A stretch of 63,042 nucleotides of DNA from Octopus bimaculoides (Eukaryota), in contig NC_068996.1 of the NCBI RefSeq assembly GCF_001194135.2, forward strand, positions 20,626,000 through 20,689,041. Reading direction: 5' to 3'. The notes beneath the pieces were generated by a model. That model saw nothing but the letters and a program-made list of their open reading frames with translations, did not search any database and had not been told where the DNA came from. A program made the position numbers and the translations under genes. Shown in pieces: positions 38,984-51,032 of the stretch. Position 1 is the first letter of the stretch, and each line of letters opens with the position of its first letter.

Positions 38984-39269
38984 ACACTGACATTACACAT
39001 CTAACAAAGCATGTTCACTTATAGTTCTTTCTAATCAACACAAATCCTTTGTATTCAGAGCCCAGGTCTTGCACCCTTATAACTCAAGCATCATACAATC
39101 TGCTCTTACTCTGGTTATTACAATTTCAGAGTATCTATCCACTATTAGTAATTCCGTTACTTAGATGACAAAAACTATTGCCTATTTCTAGGTAACTTTC
39201 TGAACAGCTGAGACAATGTATTTCTTGGGTATATTGTGAATAATGCTCCTGTATACTTGGCATATAAGG

Positions 39270-39600
39270 TTATTTTGCAGCTAGCTTGCCTGTGATTGCA
39301 ATAAAACTTGCGTATCCATTGTTTATCAGACCTAGAAACAATGCCATAACAGATATTGAAGCTCGACGCAGCCCTACGGCACTGATCCATGAGACAACAG
39401 TCATGTAGCCTGCAGACAAGCTTTTTGCTGGAGATTTCAAAACAGACATGTTGAAAAGTTTTGCTGGTGTCCAGAACAAGTTACCATCAAATTTCTTAAC
39501 CCATGCCAGCATACCCCTACATATAAATGTATATACATTAAATGGTTCTGAGGATGCAATGCTGCACAAGCACCCAACTCCGAGTGCCAAAAGCTAATGA
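39270..39600 (-). mobile_element. Degenerate CR1/L2-group LINE RT fragment
   Basis: Frameshifted LDTSKTF / VSWIS..SISV resemble RT ALDISKAFD..VSWISSFLSGRSISV. Paralogous segment at about 44015-44136 differs partly at synonymous sites in that frame. Confidence 0.55.
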
Positions 39601-41482
39601 AAAGGATTTTACCATCCTGTTCTTTTGCAATTCATTGACATATACATTTATTTCTATAATATACATACACACATAAACAATACATATAACCACAAAATAA
39701 GAATCGTTATTCTCTCTCACACACCTAATGGAGACAAATCACACCACAATCATCGTCCGTCTTTGTCTTTCATTTCTCCAGGTGCGATATAGCGAACAAT
39801 ACAATGATCGATTACATCGGTTATTTACTTTTATCCCAAAGAAAAGGCTCTGCCCCAATCGAGGATCGCCTTAAGAGCAAACTATTTAATTAATGTTATA
39901 ATATAAAATAGGATATATACATATATATGTGTCTAGGAAGAGGTTGGGGCATTCTTCACTCTTGTTTCAGTTGTCGAGTGAACAATTAATTGTAGCGCTC
40001 TTTTTGAGCCGCCAAAGACAAGTTGGATCCAGGCTAACCTTAATGCTGGTTGCATCCAATTTTATTTTAATTCGCTTTAATGAATTTAACTAAGTGTCTG
40101 TCAATTCGGCTTCTTTAATCAATTCTTGATAGACTCAAGAAAACTTTATTAATATTTGATTTGCGACAAAGAAATAAATGCTCGTGCAAAAAAGTAAAAA
40201 ATAAAAACAATCGTTTCATAATTGGCAGAACATAAATGGGGAGCAGCAATTAACAATGAATCAAGGTTAGCAGATGAAGTTCTAATTACTGCTAAATGTT
40301 GCTTAAGTTTAACATTTCACTTGTTCACAATAAACAGTTGCAAAGTCAGTCAAAGAAAACAAAACTCAAATATTTATATTTAATAAATAGTGGAAACATT
40401 TGCTATTTGATTCTAGGCAACCATTATATTAAGCATTCCGAAGATGTGAATAAGTTTATCTTATTACCAATCAAAACATCGAACTTACAAAATTGATATT
40501 GAAACCAAATCAATACTCTCATATTTCTTTGTTTGTTAGGCTTATTTAATACATTATTATTATTTTTTAATTGCAACATGTTAGTTTCCTACATAGAGTT
40601 AAGGAGTAGATAAAAAAAAATGTTGGAAATGTAAAAATTTGAAATTTCAAAAATACATTTATCAAATATGAAGATTCACTTGAATTTTCATATTTGATAA
40701 CTGAATTTTTCAAATAAGAATTCTATTGGGATGGTCGAAAATTTATCATTATTGTGAGGTATTATTTCTTCAATAGTGTGAGATGGTTACTTCGTAAGTT
40801 CAAATAGACAAATGATCCATGTCTACGAGAGTGGGAGAAAGAGACAGGACAAGCTGAACATCATTGGACACCGGGTGGCTTGTTGAGGAACTTTACTCAT
40901 GAAATGGGAATATGCCTTGTTCTCATATGGGACAGCATCAGATTCGACTAAGAAAATAAACACATTTTAAAAGTTATCTAGTTTAGTTAAAAATTAATTG
41001 TAAATAAATACACCCTTCCCCACCACGTGGTTTAAATATTTTCCGAAAACAATATCCAAATTTAAGATGAGAAGATCCTTGACAACAAAAGGTCGTCTAC
41101 ATACAATAAGATTAATTGAAAACGTCAGATGTAAATTACTTGTGAAACATGTAACAAACGATCAACAAAGCAAAACATAAGGTCCACATATTCATAAATA
41201 GTGTTATTCACGAAGTATACAGGTAAGGATATATCATGTATACAAATTAATTTTTTTTTAAATTGTATTTTTTTTTTTTTTTAATGTTCTATTTTTCAAT
41301 TAGAGATATGAAGAAAATTAATGAGGAGTTCAAAAGGGGGAAAAAAAGACTGACTGAAAGAATAGAAGGCAAGAGAAACAAAGATATGGAGTAATATGAA
41401 CAAACAACGTAATAAACAAAAGTGTCTCTATATATAATTAAATACCACAAATGTATATAGAATAATTTGTTTTGTAACCTAC

Positions 41483-41519
41483 CATCCAATGTTACCCAGC
41501 TTGGTTTCAGAAGCCTCAT
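41483..41519 (-). CDS. HIRA: HIRA coding exon 1 (MRLLKPSWVTLD)
   Basis: ATG at 41519-41517. Matches the HIRA N-terminus (MKLLKPTWV). Donor G|GTAGGT at 41482, phase 1. Confidence 0.95.
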
Positions 41520-42200
41520 TTTCTATCTTATTTTAATACCTTCTATAGGGGAAATCTACATTAAAATATATTATAAACGTTAACAATTAATCTGTGAAAT
41601 TGTTAATATTATTGCTTTCGGCGTTTATATATTGTTGTAAGGAGTTTCCGCTCGTTTTCGCCGCTGATCTGTTTCCCCCAGATCCGTTCTACACCAGCAC
41701 GGGAAGTTGTTGTTTTTACTGAGCTGCCGCCATTTTCACAGATATACACAGAGAGTGTCACTGGGAGTTGGGTAAGGACAGAGAGAGAGAGTGGGTGACA
41801 TAGAGAAGGTGTGGAGTAATAGGGAAGAGTGAGGAAGGAACACAGATACAAAGATTGAAAGAAGAAAAGGAAGAGAGAGTAGAAGGAGTAACAGGAGTGT
41901 GAGAGATAAAGGAAGAGTGAAAAAAAAAAGCAAAGAAAAGGAAACAGAGGGTAAGGAGGAGGAGATATTGACAAGCGGGCGGGAAAGAGGAGAAAAGTGA
42001 AAGACGGAGGAGGAGAGAGAGAGATAGAAAGGAGGGAAAGATAAAGAGAGGGAATGTAGAGTAGCGGGTATTAGAATGTAATAGAGGTAACATTGGGGCT
42101 GGAAGATTAAGAAAGGCAGAGAGATAGAGGTCGGAAGGGGAGAATGAAAAGAGCGGAAGTTCGGAGGAATAATGCTTTATGTTCTTAGTTGATGTTTTCG
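41520..42200 (-). promoter_or_regulatory. Probable HIRA 5' UTR / promoter region
   Basis: Immediately upstream of the ATG. CpG is locally retained. CGGAAG/GGGAAG ETS-like motifs near 41700, 42133 and 42154. Long GA-rich tract 41771-42150. Confidence 0.45.
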
Positions 42201-42959
42201 TATTTTAGTTTGTTTCATGTAAGAAAGTGTAGGTACACTGTCGTCAATGAAAAAAAAAAAAAAAATGAAGGACTGGAAGCCGCGTAACTATAAATATCTA
42301 TCGTCGTCATTTATAATCGTTTCTCCAAGCTAGATGGCCATGGTGGGAGCGCTTTGTTCTACAGCACAGCGTTCGTTTGATAAACACAAAACCGACAATT
42401 TTCTATGTGTGTATAGTATGATGAGAGGGAAAATACTTTGTATGACCCACTGTATATGACTATCTCTGTTGACTTGAAGATTCTCATAGTCCTTTCATGT
42501 ATACAGGTTGTTTTATGTGTGTGTTCGTTAATCTTTCCATGAGGGCTGTCCTTTCTTAGTCAGGTTCAGAAGCCAAGTTATGAATGTTCCTTCTCCAAAT
42601 TCTTAATATATAAATACCGGAGTTGATAATAACATGACACATCGGAATAACTATCTTGCAGAGAAGTTGTACTACAAAATTTAGAGAAAATGTACACTGT
42701 GAGGGCTTATAGTGAAACTCTGTATGTTGCATCTTGAATAAAGATTGTGTTGCTTTAAGGTGACAGGAATCAGGAAATATGGATCCTCATATATATGATA
42801 GTGTCTGATATACTACATTAACCTGAAACGAAATCTTCATTACAACTCACCTGGCGTATATCAAAATTATCGTTACTTTTCTCGTGCTATTTTGGGAGAC
42901 ATTCTACAAGTTTGTGTTAGTGTTGCATAACTGTATAAACTAGCCATAACTGTATAAAC

Positions 42960-43900
42960 TAATTTGTGTTTTGTTGTTTTAAATGATTTGAGAAGAAAGG
43001 AAAGTGTTGTTGATATCCAGTATCTGTTGAGATTTATATGTGGTTCATGCCTTGCTTAACTTGTAAGTTGTTAGCACTAGGTTTGAAAGGAGAAAGTAAT
43101 AGAAGGGTGCAAAGATTTGAAGAGTAGTAGCCTCTATAGTAACGGTTATGGTCGAGTGAAGAGGATACATCTGTGAATTACAGATTGGAGTGGGTTTTTT
43201 GGGGGTTTTTTTAATAGTTTGGTCTGGAGGAACTGTTGCGTCCAAGTATTTGGCAGGGCTGCAGAGACTGACAAGATGGAATGTTACCCTTAAGTGTTTG
43301 CAAGCTGACAGTTACAAGACAAACATGGCAATGAGGTAGGACTGGACGGAGTGGTACCTAGGTGAGGAAGAATAATATGCATGATGAGATGAGTACCAGA
43401 AAGGAAATTCAGACCAGCTAGCCCTTAATAACAGACAACTGTACTATCAGTACAAAAGACAAGGGAGTCAACTCGTATAAGGGCCTGTTGGTATGTGTTG
43501 AGCTTCTTTGAACGTGCCCTGAAATGCCTGTGTTGTGTAGCAACAATAACATCCTTGCTGTAGGAACAGTTCCCCATTGTGGGTCTTTGTTGGGGATGGG
43601 GGTCTGAATATTTTCTGTTATATGAAAGATGTGAGATCTGGAGAGACTCGGTGACAGTGAAGCCCAACATTTATAATGAGTTTGTAAGTTCTAGTTCTAT
43701 GTTTAATAGGGAGGAAGGTAATAATGTGTTGTTTTTTTTTAATGTTAAGTGTAGTGACTGTGTTTCTGTGCTGCTGAAGAAGGTATGATTAGTGCAGGTT
43801 TTCAAGGTGTCTGCTCATGGAGTAAGTGTAAGTTTGGCTTCATACGTCTATTTTGCATAGAGATGACATTTGGATGTTGAAGGAAGGATATAGTGTGATA
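42960..43900 (-). mobile_element. Degenerate Penelope-like element (GIY-YIG region)
   Basis: HSTITVTIEATTLQI..LLSNLV resembles the segment preceding PLE GIY-YIG. Heavily decayed. Confidence 0.4.
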
Positions 43901-44106
43901 TTGTATTGTTATGAAACATGTAGTTTGATATAGAAGTGAAGAGAGTAATTAACAAACACCCTAATGTGCATCGGAGTTCATACTATGCAGGTGAGTGGTG
44001 ATGATGCAATCTGACCAGAAGCCACTGATCCAAGAGACATCAGACATGCAGCCTGAAGGCAAGCTTTTTACTGGAAACTTCTTCATGGTGAAAAGTTTTG
44101 CTAGTG

Positions 44107-44197
44107 TCGAGAACAACACTTTCCATCAAATTTCTCGAGAATAACACTTTCCATCAAATTTCTCGAGAATAACACTTTCCATCAAATTTCTCGAGAA
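44107..44197. repeat. 28-bp minisatellite, about 3.2 copies
   Basis: Unit GAGAATAACACTTTCCATCAAATTTCTC, one mismatch among copies. Confidence 0.95.
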
Positions 44198-44257
44198 TTA
44201 CAGTTTATTGGTGAGTGATATAGGAAGTCAGTTCTCCGTAAATTGGGCTAAAGCTGT

Positions 44258-47200
44258 TGTAGTGACCCCTGGTAGCTTCGAAGGCAAGCAAAGCGGAAAA
44301 GGGATGTAACAAGAATAATTTCCCTCAAGCTTCTAGAATGTTCGAAACCTTTCTGGAAGTTTCCGGTTTTACGTGGAAGTCGAGGACTTCCGTTCCTTAT
44401 ATAAAGGAAAGAAATTCTAAATTTGCGCCATTCAGTGCCAGTTGGTTCTTCAACATGCATTGGGTCAGGCTGCTTTACATTTGCCTTTCTTATTTGAAGA
44501 TATATGACTGCAACCAGAACATATTCATGTAATGTTGTAAACTTCCTTCAATTAAACTTGTATGTTAATGCATTACCTCCGATAATAAAAGTTATAACTT
44601 ATTACAAGTGTCTCGTGAATTTTATTCTCTTGTTGTTATGAGCAAAAACAGTGACTCTCTTTTCTCTCATACTGACTAAATTATAGTGTGTCATTAAGTC
44701 AATGTTACCACCAAAAATGGATAACCCTGACACCACTATAAAATGGTGACCTCCAACATTAAGAACACGATGGCCACTTCACAAAAATATGGCAAACCCG
44801 ATTCATTTGGATATGCAAACTACAGCAAATGGTACATCGACACCATACCACACTTTCCAAGGTAATTTCTATATTACTCTACCACCACCTCTGATATTCT
44901 AATTTTGAAATAATTTCATGTCTTCCATGTCCAACAAGAAAGTCACTTACCATGCCTGTTCTTTGTCATAATCATGAGTAACACCTCCATACCAGCTTAT
45001 TCCAGCAACACTAAACTATGGTTTGCACAACTCAATTCTTATTTCACAGCACATGGTAGGTTGAGCTACAGAATCACAGTCTTCACTCACTTCTCAACTA
45101 AAAATCAATGGCCTGATGTCAGAATATTTCTCTTGTCCAAGTGAACCTCTAGAATTCATCTTCTTCGCCTCGAAATCATACCTAACAGAGTATGCATTCT
45201 TCTCACAAGGAAATACACAGTGTTCTTTCAAATAATCTCCTTTTGAAGTGATTTCCTCTCATAATGTCGACTGTCAACGTTTTGCCAGTAAATACACATT
45301 GGAGTTTATCCAACATGGCATCTGTCTTCATCTTCCTTGCTGTCTTTTCCTGCGCAATTACCACTCTGAGCATGTGCAGTGGATGTGCACGCTTAATCTC
45401 GACAATTCTCTATTGCATTTGCCTGTCTCAAATTTTCCACGTGGCTGGACTTCAACAGCCATGCATGTGAACAGCGTTATCATCAACACTGCTAATACCG
45501 TCACCGCCTCAGCCTTTGTAACTGACTACAGCACTAACGTCACCACTGCCATGATTTCAACCCCAATTTCGAATCGTTCCTGCTTCATCTTCTGTACAGC
45601 AACTGGTTTTGTGGCCTTATACAGCAAATTTCAGTCACTCTGAGCACTGCATAGTTGGAAGGCACTTCAAACAGCTTCCTTATCCGAGATGTGACATTTT
45701 TTTCCACCAACCATGCATTTCTTAACAGCATTCATTAGAACAGTTATTCAACGAGCTGAACATTTTGCATTTTTCTTGCATACTTTCATGTGTACCCATT
45801 CTGTTACATGCCTTTTGGTGCTGTGAAGTGCTCTCTATTCAGCACCTCACCTTCCACACTCAGTCTTAGATGCACAGCTTTCGCTGGGAGATATTGCATC
45901 AGACTCTGCAATCGGTGTTGTTTCACAGTGCTTTCAGCAGTCACACTTGTACATTATTATTGCTCAGTGTTCATGCATACATACACACATACATGCTGTC
46001 TGCCTCATGCTATCCACTCTCACACATTTCTGGTTTATTCTAGCTAAATGCTTTTCTCAAGCCTTTCTCATCCAGCAAACAAGCTCCTTATGTGTTTTTG
46101 CCATGCGTTTCTTCTCTAGTTTGTAGGACGCACAAACCACCTCTTATAAACGCATTTTTTTCTTTGCATCACATAGCGTTCCATGCATTTTTCTTCCTTC
46201 GGTGCCTGATCAACACCAAGTCTCTTGCATGTTGGAACTTCCTTCTTTTGCCGCCATCCTTATGGTTTGACTCACTTCACTAGTCACTGTTGCTTTTCTA
46301 GCACTTACACTCTTTCAGCCTCTGCAAGCGACCCACTACTCTTGCAGGTAAAGTCTTGGCACTGCTTATGTCTTGGCAGCCAACATTGCACTCTCATACA
46401 CCTTGACTTTCACATCCTGTGATTTCCAGTTGCCTGGACGTTAGCTATCACGCTTGCACATCAAGTTTCACTTGCTCTGTCTCATGGAAACCACCTTCCC
46501 AGGCAGCAAGCTACAAAGAACTTTCTTCAGCTTCCTTTTCGTTGTGTTACACACTGTATATGCTGCATTCACCTTATTCTGGACCTTCTCGTTTACTGTC
46601 GCACTCACACAAAAATTATCCAGAACTATGTACATTTAACTTTGTATTACAACACAAACTTTTCAAAGAACGTTATTCACAAACATTGTTCCTATGCATG
46701 CTTTCACATTTTCATCTTATCATGTTTTGCATTTAGTTTGATGTGCATAGCTGTGTAGCTATAAGTTTACTGTGCCAAACTCTGCAATTATATTCAGTAT
46801 CTATCAAGATGCATGTATTGCTTTTTATATTTTACTACTTGTTTGCAAGCACATGTTTCTGCTACCTCATTCTGCTTCATATCTGCCCTGGATTGCTACA
46901 ATGATTCTGCTTATTGACTGTTCATCTGAGAGGGGAGTTAGGTAGTGACCCCTGGCAGCTACGATAGCAAGTAAAACAAAAAAGGATTGATATGAGAGTA
47001 ATCTCTCTTGAGCTTCTAGAATGTTTGAGACCTTTCTGGAAGCTTCTGGTTTTACGTGGAAGTCGGGGACTTCCAGTCCATCCCTTATATGAAGGAAAGA
47101 AATTCTAAATTCACGCCATTCAGTGCCTGTTGATTCTTCAACATGCATTGGGTCAGGCTGCTGCACTTTACGCCCGCTCATGCTCCCATTTGCCTTTCTT

Positions 47201-47336
47201 ACTTGGAGACAAGTGACTGCAACCAGAACATATTTAATGTTATAAGCTTCCTTCAATTAACCTTATATGTTAACGCATTACTTCCAATAATGAAAGTTAT
47301 GACTTATTACAAATGGATAACCCTGACACCACTATA
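44258..47336 (+). mobile_element. Internally deleted Ty3/gypsy LTR retrotransposon
   Basis: LTRs 44258-44740 and 46941-47336 (TGTAGTG..CACTATA). PBS TGGTGACC at 44744. PPT GAGAGGGGAG at 46928-46937. Gag-like SSNTKLWFAQLNSYF and integrase C-terminal SPYSGP remnants. No RT/RNase H recognised. Confidence 0.85.
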
Positions 47337-47989
47337 AAATGTTGACCTCTGATGTTAAGAGCATGATAGCTGCTTCACTATACTGTACATAAAATTGGCC
47401 ATTAAAGAGAGAAATGGAAATTCAAGATGGGAAAAGTTTCTAGTTGTCTTATTTTGAAATATTGCAAATGAGTATAATTGGAAGGGTGTCTCTTCTGGGG
47501 AATCAAATGCAGTGCTGTGTTTACAAAGGGCAGGATATATCCATATATAGAGAGAATTTTTTAAACAGTGTGATGAGTTTGAGGGTTAGTTCTGAAACAT
47601 AGTTTACAGTTAATATACATTGCCAGGACAAGCAGCCTTATTGATTTGAAGTAACCTGAGGTTCTTTTTTACACTTGTCATGTCTGTTTATGTTGTGGTA
47701 GAACTGGTAGAGTAGTAAAATGTAGTTTTGGAAGTCTCTTTGAATGTGTATAGAATTGGATACAATGTGAACAGCACCTGTGGGCTCATGGGTGCTAATG
47801 CCATGTAAAAAGCAACTGTACTGGTGCCATGTAAACACATCTAGTACACTGTAAAGTGATTGGTATTAGGAAGGGCATCTAGTCATAGAAACCATTCCAA
47901 AACAGACGTGGAACTTGGGCAGCTCTTCAACTGGTCAGACTGTCCAACCTATGCCAGCATGGAAAACACATTAAATGATGATACTGTGA

Positions 47990-49300
47990 ACATAAAATAT
48001 GGAAAGTTGCTCTGCAGGAATGCTACTTACATAACAATCAAAGTTAAGAACTGAAGGAAAGGATGATCTCACAAAGTTGCTAGAGATCCTTTTGGTAAGG
48101 AATCACCTTGCTAATCTTGTATGTGTATTGCAGCAGTAGTATTCCATTCCATCTGAGAAAGGGGAGTTCTTCATGATTGAGTTCTTTTCTATAATAAACA
48201 AAACATCACCAGAAGAGATAGTCAGTGATGGTGAAGATCAGAATTGATAGCAAACATGAGACTTTTAATGCATGTCATACATTTCTAGGAGAGGTGCAAG
48301 TCAAGACTGTTTTTCTGATTGATGTAGTGATTATGCTGCCAAAGGAGACAAGCTTGATGTGACCCTCATTAGAAAATGATTTTTCTTGAGTGAAGTGTTG
48401 AAGTTACATAAGAATGATACTTGTATGATGATTAAGAAAGAGGAAGGAGTAGTATCATCTTCATAGAAGCGAGTGCCATTAGGAGACAGTAAACTGTTCA
48501 TTAATATACTCAAGAAGAGGAGAAAAGATGAAGGTATCCTCAAGCCAGCAACTTGGCCTAAATGCTTGAAACAGGACTCTGCTGAAGTATAGTAAGTTTC
48601 ATCAACATACTCTTGAATAATGTGCTACTGCAAAAGGCCTCAAATGAAGTCTGTAGGTAGATGGCTAAGCTGCAAGATTCATACACCAAATATTAACACT
48701 TTCCACTCAGATTTACAAGAGAGAGGGGAAGAAGGAGTAGTAGGACCCAATTGATGTCTGCAAAAGTCATATGTGGTAACTGAAGAAAGAGAGAGAGACA
48801 TTGTGTAGGAGTCATTATGAATTCTGTCATCATCCTCAACATGTAACAGAGTAGATATCTAAGAATGGAATACTATTCCTGTAGAGAATACAGGTAGAGA
48901 TTAACTTTAGGGTGCATTTTTTTAAGGTAACGAAAGGAACATTATCAAACTTGGTAGCCTTCTTAGTTTGAAGTGATGAGGTGATTGCATGCTTGGTGTG
49001 TATATGTATACATAATAGCAAGACAAGTGGAGTGGAGAAAGTTTTGATAGTCTTACTGCATTTGTGCAGTTTGGAGCTAGATGCAAATGTTCAAGCTTCT
49101 ACAGAATACTTCATATGATACTACCATGGTTAAAGAGTGATGGCTAGGCTATTATGATTACAGAGTGTTGGTTAAGGTGATACAAAGCTAGTAGAAATTC
49201 TTTAGGCATTGAACCAAAAGCTGTAGTCTGGAAGGCACTGGTTTTGATTTTTGTTTTTTCCTGCAGGTGTTGAGTTTGCAGAGAGTCCCTAGCTGACTAT
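47990..49300 (-). mobile_element. Highly degenerate LINE remnant (probably CR1/L2 group)
   Basis: Scattered similarity to ORF2 C-terminal motifs. No ORF; boundaries uncertain. Confidence 0.3.
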
Positions 49301-50627
49301 AGTGGAAATATTTCTGACACCCAAACAATTATTTTATGGGACTCAATATCTTTGTGGAATCATCATAATTTATAGCAACTTTGAAACTTTTAGTATTTAT
49401 GTCTAGGAAGGACAAGAAACACTTTATAGATTTGGGTAGTTAGGGTTTCATTGTGTGTGAAGACATTAAGATAGCATCATTCACTTATTACTTGGACAGG
49501 TTAGGAATGAAGCATGTTTTTCAGTGAGTGTTAATGTAGGAAAACTTGTAGATTTCTGTTGTGTTGGATGACTTGACATGTTATAGTATTCTAGAAATGA
49601 GGGAACATTGTATGGTGTCTATCAGTAAGCAGTGGCTAGATGTTCTGATTGGTGCAGAGACAATGGTACTTTAATTGTGAAAGAGATCAAGCATATTTGG
49701 GAGTTTTGATTAAGAATATGTAGAAGATGGAACAAATAGTTGCAGAAACTTTAAGATTACAAAAGCTTTGACTTCTGCAACAGACTGAGAGGAGTGCATG
49801 AGCCAAGAAAAATGTTTGCATTGTGATATATCTTCTCTCAGATTCAGATACTTTGAATTACCATAAATGATTAGTTTGAAAACACCTGAAATCCTAAGTC
49901 TTTCTACATATGTCATTTTACACATCTCAAACCAGGGTCTGTACTGAATCATTGCTATTTTGTGTCACAAATTGATTTTTTTTATATTTTAATTTGAGAA
50001 TTTCTCAGTTGAGAAAATTTACCATCTTGTGTGAACTTACTAAATCAAATGCAACCAAAATAAAAGCAATTCTTGAACCATATTACATCTCTTTCTATAA
50101 AATTTACCTTTCTCGCTTAACTTACTACTAAGTTGTCATATTTTGGATTCTTAAAGATCTTTTAAACATGATACATTTCTATCAAAAGTTATTCTATGAA
50201 TCCTTAAATTACATTATGTTGATGTCATGTAAACAGTTTCTGAACAGTTCCTGACTTCATGTAAATGACAGGAGAAACATACTACCAAGGACATTTCACC
50301 TGCTTAATACATTTTCACTGACTAATACAACTAATCACCTATTGATTAGCTATGTATTCATCTGTTTCATATACACTGCCACAACAGCTTTTTCTCCAAA
50401 ATAGGTAGGCACTCACCTAAGACATTTTCTCCTCTCACTGTCTTATATCCAAGAGACACAACACTTTGTACTTTATCAAATTTACTGTGATACCTCAGCA
50501 AAAGCATTGTTTTATCATCGGATTCTGTTCTATTACAGAGGAGGAAAGCAAGGTGCTCCTGTTGATATAGGGTTTCATAGCAGCATTGGAAGACTGTGCT
50601 GTATATGCCAATCAATATGAAATATAC

Positions 50628-50829
50628 TCTTTTATTCTTTTACTTGTTTCAGTCATTTGACTGTGGCCTTCCTGAGCACCGCCTTTAGTCGAGCAAATCG
50701 ACCCCAGGACTTATTCTTTGCAAGCCTAGTACTTATTCTATCGGTCTCTTTTGCCGAACCGCTAAGTTACGGGGAAGTAAATACACCAGCATCGGTTGTC
50801 AACCGATGTTGGAGGGACAAACACAGACC

Positions 50830-50871
<42 letters not shown>

Positions 50872-51032
50872 TATGACGGGCTTCTTTCAGTTTCCATCTA
50901 CCAAATCTATTCACAAGGCTTTGCTCGGCCCGAGGCTATAGTAGAAGACACTTGACCAAGGTGCCATGCAGTGGGATTGAACCCGGAACCATGTGGTTGG
51001 TAAGCAAGCTGCTTACCACACAGCCACTCCTG
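50628..51032 (-). mobile_element. tRNA/CORE-like SINE family A, near full length
   Basis: Highly similar to 53581-53988, with an internal (TA)n. Confidence 0.8.

Noticed and set aside
39270-39590. 106-aa minus ORF in HIRA intron 1 as a nested gene
   Set aside because: It shares about 130 nt with ~44015-44136, and switching frames gives LINE RT motifs (LD.SK.F, VSWIS). It is a decayed retroelement.
44107-44197. 28-bp repeats as a CRISPR array
   Set aside because: The units are contiguous with no spacers, and the context is eukaryotic.
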